Source: a virus
Lineage: Duplodnaviria; Caudoviricetes
Length of the DNA: 64,000 nt
Reading direction: 5' to 3' (one strand)
Virus record (IMG/VR): IMGVR_UViG_3300023073_000003
Coordinates: 4,944-68,943 of that record
The notes below the pieces were generated by a model, which worked only from the letters and a program-made list of their open reading frames with translations, did not search any database and was not told the DNA's origin. Shown here piece after piece: positions 9,071 to 15,861 of this stretch. The position numbers were made by a program, and so were the translations under genes. Every line of letters begins with the position of its first letter. Within the stretch, counting starts at the first letter, position 1.

Positions 9071-9250
9071 GTGAAGAAGAACAAGCTGATCCCCAAGCGG
9101 TGCAAGCCGTGCCTGTCGCTCTCGACGAGCGGCATCAAGGGGTCGAAATATGGTCGCTGGTGCTGCCACTTCGGGGCGCCGGCGAACAAGGTGCAGGCGC
9201 AGTGCCTGCAGTCGAACGCACTGAGGATGAAGGAGCAACCGAATGTCTGA
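9071..9250 (+). CDS. small Cys-rich basic protein
   Basis: CKPC, CCHF; fills the gap between coupled genes. Confidence 0.5.
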   Translation: MKKNKLIPKRCKPCLSLSTSGIKGSKYGRWCCHFGAPANKVQAQCLQSNALRMKEQPNV

Positions 9251-9563
9251 CGAAAATCCCATCGCCGAAGTCGCCGAGCATCTGCCCGACGCCGGCATCA
9301 ACCCTGCGCACGGCATCGCGGGCATCGCGCTGAGCATGGCGCTGCGCTGGCACGACACCGGCGTCGTGAAGGACGGCGCCATGTACCAGCAGCTGCGCGT
9401 CGAGGGGAAGGAAATCCGCCCGATGGATGTGCATGACGTGCTCGACACGGCCAAGCTGTTCGAGAAGCATCTCATGGACGCACCCAACCGCCTGTCGGCG
9501 ATGGTGTTCGACGTCATCGAGCAGGTGCTGCTGGGCGAGGAGGTGCCCAACCATGTCGAGTGA
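9243..9563 (+). CDS. hypothetical protein
   Basis: AAGGAG RBS; typical codon usage. Confidence 0.7.
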   Translation: MSDENPIAEVAEHLPDAGINPAHGIAGIALSMALRWHDTGVVKDGAMYQQLRVEGKEIRPMDVHDVLDTAKLFEKHLMDAPNRLSAMVFDVIEQVLLGEEVPNHVE

Positions 9564-9840
9564 CGAGACCCCCGACGAGGTGCCGCTGGAGGACCGGCTG
9601 CGCATCGACCCCCGCATCGGCGGCGTCATTCAGGACATGCTCAAGGATATGACCGGGCGCGAGACGCACGTCATCCTGATCGCCGCGCCGTGGACGCCCA
9701 TCGACGAGGAGAACGTGCGGCTGGGCCAGCCGACGTTCATCACCAGCATGACGCCCGAGGACATGCGCGACTTCATCATCCAGATCGCGGGCTGCTTCGC
9801 CATGGGCAACCCGCTGCTGCATGCGGAAAGGCTGAACTGA
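9553..9840 (+). CDS. hypothetical protein
   Basis: GGAGG RBS; coupled. Confidence 0.65.
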   Translation: MSSDETPDEVPLEDRLRIDPRIGGVIQDMLKDMTGRETHVILIAAPWTPIDEENVRLGQPTFITSMTPEDMRDFIIQIAGCFAMGNPLLHAERLN

Positions 9841-10055
9841 TGGACATCCCCGTCGTGTCCGAGGAGGAGGCCGCCAAGGCGACATACGTCATCTGCGTCC
9901 GCAAGGCGGATGCGACGGCGATCTTCGACGACAACCTTGAGGCCCCCTGTGTGGCGTGCGCGGAGACGGTGGTCTACCGCCCGTACACGCCACCGGGTCC
10001 GGCCAAGCTGTGCATGGTGTGCTTCATCGATATGCAGGAGGCCAGCCTTCAATGA
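9840..10055 (+). CDS. small CxxC-x-CxxC protein
   Basis: CVAC, CMVC; TGATG coupling. Confidence 0.65.
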   Translation: MDIPVVSEEEAAKATYVICVRKADATAIFDDNLEAPCVACAETVVYRPYTPPGPAKLCMVCFIDMQEASLQ

Positions 10056-10735
10056 TCATCCAATTCAGCTTCTCGTCGATCAAAACCTACGAGCAGTGCC
10101 CGAAGAAATATTACCACACCAAGGTGGTGAAGGATCACGTCGATGAGGGCGGGGCCGAGGCGAACTATGGGCTGGACGTCCACGCGGCGGCCGAGGAGCA
10201 CACCAAGACCGGCGCGCCGATCCCGAAGAAGTTCGAGTACATGCGCCCGATCATGGACGTGCTCGACGCGATCCCCGGCGAGCACCATGCCGAGGTGAAG
10301 TTCGGGCTGCGCAAGAAGCTCGACGGGCGCTACGTGGCCGTCGACTTCGAGGACCCCAAGCGCTGGTATCGCGGCATCGCCGACTTGCTCGTCGTCAACG
10401 AGCCGAAGCACACCGCGTTCTGCGTCGACTACAAGACCGGCAAGTCGGCCAAGTACGCCGACCTCAAGCAGCTGGACCTGCTCGCCGGTGCGGTGTTCGT
10501 CCATTACCCGCAGGTGATGCTGGTCAAGTCGGCGCTGCTCTATGTCGTCTCGGGCGAGTTCGTGAAGAAGGATCACGTCCGCACCGACATGAGCCAGTAT
10601 CTCGGCGTGTTCGACCGCCAGCTGCGCCAGCTTGCCGTGTCGATGGATACCAACGTGTGGAATGCCAAGGAGAGTGGCCTATGTCCGTGGTGCCCGGTGA
10701 AGTCGTGCCCGCATTGGCGCCCAAAGCGTCGATGA
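10052..10735 (+). CDS. PD-(D/E)xK Cas4/RecB-like exonuclease
   Basis: SFSSIKTYEQCPKKY, RGIADLL, VDYKTGK, C-terminal LCPWCPVKSC. Confidence 0.9.
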   Translation: MIIQFSFSSIKTYEQCPKKYYHTKVVKDHVDEGGAEANYGLDVHAAAEEHTKTGAPIPKKFEYMRPIMDVLDAIPGEHHAEVKFGLRKKLDGRYVAVDFEDPKRWYRGIADLLVVNEPKHTAFCVDYKTGKSAKYADLKQLDLLAGAVFVHYPQVMLVKSALLYVVSGEFVKKDHVRTDMSQYLGVFDRQLRQLAVSMDTNVWNAKESGLCPWCPVKSCPHWRPKRR

Positions 10736-11073
10736 CCAACGGGGAAGAGCATGTCGCGCATGCGGTGATGTTCATTGCCGCATGCGATCCCGATGGGCTC
10801 GCGCCGTTCTCGCGGTGCTACGCCGTGATCCCGCATCTGATCGCGCTCAACGCGACACAGTTGGCGGGGTCGACGACGCGCAACGGCGAGCCGATGTGGT
10901 TCCAGCAGGTGCGCAACCTGCGGTCGCACCACCGCGCCGGCACGAACTATGTCGGCCTTGGCTTGCTGGAGCATGTGCCGCGCGTCGGCTACCGTATCAC
11001 GGACGAGGGCCGCGCCTATGCGCGCGACATCATCGCGTCGATGGGCTGGGGGCTGGGCGGTGCAGGAGGGTGA
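10732..11073 (+). CDS. standalone winged-helix protein resembling the Mrr N-terminal domain
   Basis: GEPMWFQQVRNL...GLLEHVPRVGYRITDEGRAY. Confidence 0.45.
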   Translation: MTNGEEHVAHAVMFIAACDPDGLAPFSRCYAVIPHLIALNATQLAGSTTRNGEPMWFQQVRNLRSHHRAGTNYVGLGLLEHVPRVGYRITDEGRAYARDIIASMGWGLGGAGG

Positions 11074-11242
11074 TTTCGTGCGCTATGTCGGGCGCGGCAT
11101 GAACCGCCACGGCTTCCTGTTCATCGTCGGCGAGCCGATGGGCGCGGACCAGCAATGGTCGCTGTTCAAGTCGGTCGCGACCGGCGAGCGGGTGATGATG
11201 AAGAACACGGACTTGGAGCCGATGCCCGATGAAGGAGGGTGA
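11060..11242 (+). CDS. small SH3/KOW-like protein, tandem copy 1
   Basis: xGDFVRY...HGFLF...KSVATGE...PDE. Confidence 0.7.
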   Translation: MQEGDFVRYVGRGMNRHGFLFIVGEPMGADQQWSLFKSVATGERVMMKNTDLEPMPDEGG

Positions 11243-11417
11243 TCTCGTGCAGCGCACGAACATTCCGCGCACGGCCTTTCGGCGCAAGCACGGGTTCCTG
11301 TTCGTCTACCTGTGGCCCGTCGATCCGGGCTGGGCGTATCTCAGGTCGCTGGCGTCGGGGGAGAAGGTGCTGATGCAGAACAACGCGTTCAAGGCGGCGC
11401 CCGATGAAGAAGGGTGA
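11229..11417 (+). CDS. small SH3/KOW-like protein, tandem copy 2
   Basis: KEGDLVQ...HGFLF...RSLASGE...PDE. Confidence 0.7.
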   Translation: MKEGDLVQRTNIPRTAFRRKHGFLFVYLWPVDPGWAYLRSLASGEKVLMQNNAFKAAPDEEG

Positions 11418-11592
11418 TCTCGTGCGCTATGTCGGCAACCGTACGAACCACCACGGCTTCCTGTTCGTCGTCAGCGTGGACCGACCAGTGAGTGAGGACC
11501 AGCAATGGGCACTGTTCAAGTCGGTCGCGACCGGCAAGCAGGTGCTGATATATAACACGGATGTGGAGGTGGTCCCCGATGAAGCGCGGTGA
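11404..11592 (+). CDS. small SH3/KOW-like protein, tandem copy 3
   Basis: KKGDLVRY...HGFLF...KSVATGK...PDE. Confidence 0.7.
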   Translation: MKKGDLVRYVGNRTNHHGFLFVVSVDRPVSEDQQWALFKSVATGKQVLIYNTDVEVVPDEAR

Positions 11593-11896
11593 TCTCATCC
11601 TACTCGACGGCGAGCTAGGCGCCCTCAGCGCCTATGTGCAGCGTCGCATCGACAAGCACGGGCGCCTGTATGTATTCATGCGGGGGAGCGCGGACGACTT
11701 GGTCGAGGCCAAGTCGCTCACGACCGGCGCCGTGGTGACGCTACTCGGACCGTGGCTCAAGGAGGCACCAGATGGCACGCAATTATCGCCGGGAGTACGA
11801 CCAGTATCAGGGCACGCCGGAGCAGATCAAGAAGCGCGCTCAGCGCAACGCCGCCCGCGCGCTGATGGTCAAGGCCGGCAAGGCGAAGAAGGGTGA
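11579..11896 (+). CDS. small SH3/KOW-like protein, tandem copy 4 (extended C-terminus)
   Basis: KRGDLIL...HGRLY...KSLTTGA...APD, then reads on into the next gene. Confidence 0.55.
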   Translation: MKRGDLILLDGELGALSAYVQRRIDKHGRLYVFMRGSADDLVEAKSLTTGAVVTLLGPWLKEAPDGTQLSPGVRPVSGHAGADQEARSAQRRPRADGQGRQGEEG

Positions 11897-12023
11897 CGGC
11901 ATGGACGTGGACCATGCCAAGCCCATCGACAAGGGTGGCACCAACGCCAAGAGCAATCTGCGGATGAAGACCAAGACCGACAACCGGAACTTTCCGCGCG
12001 ATAGCAAGCGACAGCCGAAGTAG
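11772..12023 (+). CDS. small HNH-like protein
   Basis: RNYRREY...DVDHAKPIDKGGTNAKSNLR...NR; AAGGAGG RBS. Confidence 0.85.
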   Translation: MARNYRREYDQYQGTPEQIKKRAQRNAARALMVKAGKAKKGDGMDVDHAKPIDKGGTNAKSNLRMKTKTDNRNFPRDSKRQPK

Positions 12024-12031
12024 GAGCAACG

Positions 12032-13567
12032 ATGCAAACGTCCGATGACCGCGCGCTCTTGGTGCCGACAACGCACCCGGATCGCATCCTTACCGCTGTA
12101 AGAAAGAGCAAGCGAACCCCCGAGGGGGTGCTGGTGTACTGGGGCTACAACGAGGCGCGCAAGCTCGCCGCGCTCGGCTTCGACGCGCCGTCGCCGATGC
12201 TGCGCGACTATGCGTGGTGCGGCCGGCTCAAGCCGTTCGACCACCAGAAGGACACCGCCAGCTTCCTGTCGATCCGCGAGCGCGCGTTCTGCTTCAACGA
12301 GCAGGGCACGGCCAAGACCGGCTCGGTCATCGCCGCTGCCGACTATCTGATGAAGATTGGCAAGGTCACCCGCGTGCTGGTGCTGTGCCCGCTTTCTATC
12401 ATGAAGTCGGCGTGGCAGGGCGACCTGTTCAAGTTCGCGATGCACCGCAGCCACGACGTCGCGCACGGCACGGCCAAGCAGCGCAAGCGCGTGATCGAGA
12501 GCGGCGTCGAGTTCGTCATCATGAACTTCGACGGGCTCGCCATCACCGAGAAGGAGGTGCTGCACGGCGGCTTCGACCTGATCGTGGTCGACGAGTGCAA
12601 CGCCTATAAGAACCCCACGACGACGCGCTGGAAGGTGCTCAACCGCGTGGTGCATGTGCTGCAGCCCCGGCTGTGGATGCTGACCGGCACGCCGGCGGCA
12701 CACTCGCCGCTCGACGCCTTCGGTCTGGCCAAGCTGGTCAATCCGGGGGGCGTCACGCCCTACTTCGGGCAGTTCCGCGATCAGGTGATGGTCAAGGTCA
12801 GCAACTTCCGCTGGGTGCCCAAGCGCACCTCCGCCGCGACGCTGCACCGCGTGCTGCAGCCGGCCATCCGGTACGAGAAGAAGGACTGCCTTGACCTGCC
12901 GCCGGTCACGTTCATGTCGCGCGACGCGCCGCTGACCAAGATGCAGAAGGCGTACTACGTCATGCTCAAGAGCCAGCTGCTGATCGACTCGCAGGGCGAG
13001 GAAGTGAGCGCCGTGCATGCGGCAGCGAAGCTGACCAAACTGCTGCAGATCAGCGGCGGCGCCGTCTACACCGACGAGGGCAACATCCTTGAGTTCGACG
13101 TCTCCAGCCGGCTCAAGGTGATCGAGGAGGTGATCGACGAGGCCAGCCACAAGGTGCTGGTGTTCGTGCCGTTCAACCACACCATCGACCTGCTGTATGA
13201 GCACCTTACCAAGCGTAAGATAACCTGCGCCAGCATCGACGGCCGGACCAAGGCCAGCGCGCGCAACAACATCATCCGCGAGTTCCAGAACGACACCGAC
13301 CCGCAGGTGCTGATCCTGCAGCCGGCGGCGGCCGCGCACGGGCTCACGCTGACGGCGGCCGACACGATCATCTGGTACGCGCCGGTGACCAGCACGGAAA
13401 TCTATCTGCAGGCCAATGCGCGCATCGACAGGCCGGGGCAGCTGCACCCGATGACCATCGTCCACATCCGGGGCAGCCCGGTCGAGGACCGCCTCTATTC
13501 GATGCTGCAGGGGCACATCAACGACCAGTCGAAATTGATCGATCTGTACCGATCCGTGATCAAATAG
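12032..13567 (+). CDS. SNF2-family (superfamily 2) helicase
   Basis: PFDHQ, FNEQGTAKT, VVDEC, LTGTP, HGLTLT, QANARIDRPGQ. Confidence 0.92.
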   Translation: MQTSDDRALLVPTTHPDRILTAVRKSKRTPEGVLVYWGYNEARKLAALGFDAPSPMLRDYAWCGRLKPFDHQKDTASFLSIRERAFCFNEQGTAKTGSVIAAADYLMKIGKVTRVLVLCPLSIMKSAWQGDLFKFAMHRSHDVAHGTAKQRKRVIESGVEFVIMNFDGLAITEKEVLHGGFDLIVVDECNAYKNPTTTRWKVLNRVVHVLQPRLWMLTGTPAAHSPLDAFGLAKLVNPGGVTPYFGQFRDQVMVKVSNFRWVPKRTSAATLHRVLQPAIRYEKKDCLDLPPVTFMSRDAPLTKMQKAYYVMLKSQLLIDSQGEEVSAVHAAAKLTKLLQISGGAVYTDEGNILEFDVSSRLKVIEEVIDEASHKVLVFVPFNHTIDLLYEHLTKRKITCASIDGRTKASARNNIIREFQNDTDPQVLILQPAAAAHGLTLTAADTIIWYAPVTSTEIYLQANARIDRPGQLHPMTIVHIRGSPVEDRLYSMLQGHINDQSKLIDLYRSVIK

Positions 13568-13569
13568 AT

Positions 13570-13598
13570 TTGACACTGATACAAACCTGACCTACCAC
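13570..13598 (+). promoter_or_regulatory. sigma70-like promoter upstream of the SSB/primase cluster
   Basis: TTGACA-17 nt-TACCAC in an intergenic gap. Confidence 0.55.
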
Positions 13599-13622
13599 CG
13601 TTCAACCAGAAGGAGCAACATT

Positions 13623-14033
13623 ATGGCAGGGGAGGCTCTCCCGGCGGACACGCTTGTGCGTGTCTACCGCAAAATCCGTGGCGCCATCGACGCCAAGGAG
13701 GAGGCACACAAGACCGAGATCGATGGTCTCAAAGCGCAGCTGGACCTCGTCGAGAGCAAGCTGCTCGACATCTGCAACACCCAGAACATCGACAGCCTCC
13801 GCACCGCCCAAGGCACCGTCATGCGCAGCGTCCGCACGCGCTACTGGACGAGCGATTGGGAGAAGCTCTACGAGTTCATCGACAAGCACGGCGCGCCGTA
13901 CTTGCTCGAACGGCGCATCAGTTCGAGCGCCATGAAGGACTTCCTGCAGCAGAGCCCGGACATTCCGCTGCCCGAAGGTATGAACACCGATGCCAAGTAC
14001 GCGATCACCGTTCGCAAACCCACCAGCAAGTGA
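13623..14033 (+). CDS. conserved phage protein preceding the SSB
   Basis: LVRVYRKIR...GTV...RYWTSDWEKLYEFI...LLERRI; AAGGAG RBS. Confidence 0.8.
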   Translation: MAGEALPADTLVRVYRKIRGAIDAKEEAHKTEIDGLKAQLDLVESKLLDICNTQNIDSLRTAQGTVMRSVRTRYWTSDWEKLYEFIDKHGAPYLLERRISSSAMKDFLQQSPDIPLPEGMNTDAKYAITVRKPTSK

Positions 14034-14040
14034 GGAAATG

Positions 14041-15267
14041 ATGGCCAATATCTCTATCTTTACCGACCCCAACCTGCCGGCCAACGTCACCCACCGGGGC
14101 GTGTCGGCACTCACCAAGTCGATCACCAGCGGCTTGACCATGCGCCGCATCCAGACCAACACCAACGGCACGTTCCGCCGCCTCATCGGCGGCGAGCAAG
14201 TCGGCAAGGCGATCCGGGGCGAGTTCAATGGTATCATCGTGGCGCTGCTGCCCAAGGTCAGCCGCACCTTCTACGAAGAGACCTACGACCCCTCCGCCAC
14301 GCCGACGCTGCCCGACTGCTGGTCGAACGATGGTGTCACGCCTGAAGACGGCGTGCCGAACCTGCAGGCCAGCAGCTGCGCCGCGTGCCCGAACAACGTC
14401 AAGGGCTCCGGCGAGAACGGCAAGGGCCGCGCGTGCCGCTTCGTGCGCCGCGTCGCGCTGCTGCTGGATGGCGACCCCAAGGGTCTCACCTACCAGTTCA
14501 ACATCCCGTCGAAGTCGCTGTTCGGCAAGGGCGAGGGCCACACCCATCCGTTCGAGAGCTATGTCCAGTACCTGATCGCCAACGATCACGCGCTGGATTA
14601 CGTCGTTACCAAGATCGCGTACGACCTCGAAGCCGACACGATGCAGATGAACTTCACGCCGGTGCGTCCGATCACCGACGAGGAGTATGAGCTCGTGGTG
14701 GCGGCGCAGACCGACCCGGAGACGCAGCGCCTGATCCAGATCACCGTTGCCGAAGCCGATGGCGTGGTTGCCGAGCCGGCCGGCGCCGTGGCTGCCAAGG
14801 TCAAGCCGAAGGCCGACCCGACGCCCGAGCCCAAGGCGAAGGTCAAGGCCGCGCAGACGGTCAAGGAGCAGCTGAAGGCTGCTGCGCTCGCCGCACAGGA
14901 CGACGACGATGACGACGCGGTCGCCGAAGATGACGACGAGGTCGTCGAGGAGACCGACGAGGTCGCTGGGGACGATGACGACGAGGAAGTCGCCCCGCCG
15001 CCCCCGCCTGCGCCCAAGACGCGCGCCGCGCCCGCGCCGAAGCCCAAGGGTGCTCCGAAGCCCAAGGCCGAAGCCGCGCCGGCGCCCGCCAAGAAGGGCT
15101 CTGCGTTCGACGATGACGACGATGACGGCGAGGAAGCGGAGGAAGCGCCCGTTGCTGCCCCCGTGCGCCGTGCTGGGCCGAAGGCCAAGGCGCCCGCGCC
15201 GAAGCTGAAGCCCGAGCTTGCTGACGTCATCAGCGACTGGGCGTCCTCGGACGACGACGAGGACTGA
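14041..15267 (+). CDS. probable single-stranded DNA-binding/annealing protein with long acidic disordered tail
   Basis: RTFYEETYD...PDCWSNDG...CAACP...GSG..GKGRACR core; very acidic C-terminus ending DW...DDDED; replication-module context. Confidence 0.7.
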   Translation: MANISIFTDPNLPANVTHRGVSALTKSITSGLTMRRIQTNTNGTFRRLIGGEQVGKAIRGEFNGIIVALLPKVSRTFYEETYDPSATPTLPDCWSNDGVTPEDGVPNLQASSCAACPNNVKGSGENGKGRACRFVRRVALLLDGDPKGLTYQFNIPSKSLFGKGEGHTHPFESYVQYLIANDHALDYVVTKIAYDLEADTMQMNFTPVRPITDEEYELVVAAQTDPETQRLIQITVAEADGVVAEPAGAVAAKVKPKADPTPEPKAKVKAAQTVKEQLKAAALAAQDDDDDDAVAEDDDEVVEETDEVAGDDDDEEVAPPPPPAPKTRAAPAPKPKGAPKPKAEAAPAPAKKGSAFDDDDDDGEEAEEAPVAAPVRRAGPKAKAPAPKLKPELADVISDWASSDDDED

Positions 15268-15270
15268 TCC

Positions 15271-15561
15271 ATGGCAAAAGAACCGGAGCAGCCCGGAGGG
15301 CTCCGCGTCCTGCGCACGGGTCAGGTGACCGCCAAGATCGGCGTCAACGACAACGTGTTCTACGGGATGCTCGCCAAGAGGCAGTTCCCGGCTGGCTTCC
15401 AGATCGCGCCCGGTGGGCGCGCTCTGGGCTGGCTGGAAGGCACTGTCGACGAGTGGATCAAAGAGCGCGAAACGAAGGGGCTGGCGTCTATGACGCCAGC
15501 CTCCGACGATGACGTGGTCGAGGAGCCGGTCGAGTTCGAGCAGAGCGAGCAGGAGACATGA
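15271..15561 (+). CDS. AlpA-family HTH regulator / excisionase-like
   Basis: VLRTGQVTAKIG...FYGMLAKRQFP...RALGWLEGTVDEWI. Confidence 0.8.
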   Translation: MAKEPEQPGGLRVLRTGQVTAKIGVNDNVFYGMLAKRQFPAGFQIAPGGRALGWLEGTVDEWIKERETKGLASMTPASDDDVVEEPVEFEQSEQET

Positions 15562-15788
15562 GCGTCGGCTACTCATACAAGCTGTATGAGCAGAACAGGG
15601 CGGCGGCCGACGACAAGATCGGCGTCGCGCTGGGGCGGGTGTGTATCGCAAGAGACATCCCCGTCGCAGCATTGTCGGAGAGGTTCGGCGTGACGCGCGC
15701 GGCGATTTATCGGTGGTTCAGCGGGCTCTCAGACCCGCAGCCCCGGTTCGTCGCGCCGATCACGGCCTTTCTCGCTGAAATCGAGTGA
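15558..15788 (+). CDS. XRE-like HTH protein
   Basis: IPVAALSERFGVTRAAIYRWFSG. Confidence 0.8.
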   Translation: MSVGYSYKLYEQNRAAADDKIGVALGRVCIARDIPVAALSERFGVTRAAIYRWFSGLSDPQPRFVAPITAFLAEIE

Positions 15789-15861
15789 CACCCCTTGCTG
15801 GGGTGCCGGAGCACAAGAACAGCGGAGCCGCTAACCCGGCCCCCTCGATGGGTGGCTAACC

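Noticed and set aside
10052-10735. Cas4 as evidence of a CRISPR system
   Set aside because: A solo Cas4-like exonuclease in a replication module is common in phages; no array, cas1 or cas2 is present.
11060-11600. Repeated segments as a diversity-generating retroelement TR/VR pair
   Set aside because: No reverse transcriptase in the window, differences are not adenine-specific, and each copy is a full ORF.
15271-15788. Integration/excision module
   Set aside because: AlpA- and XRE-like genes are present, but no tyrosine or serine recombinase is in the window, so lysogeny is not supported directly.
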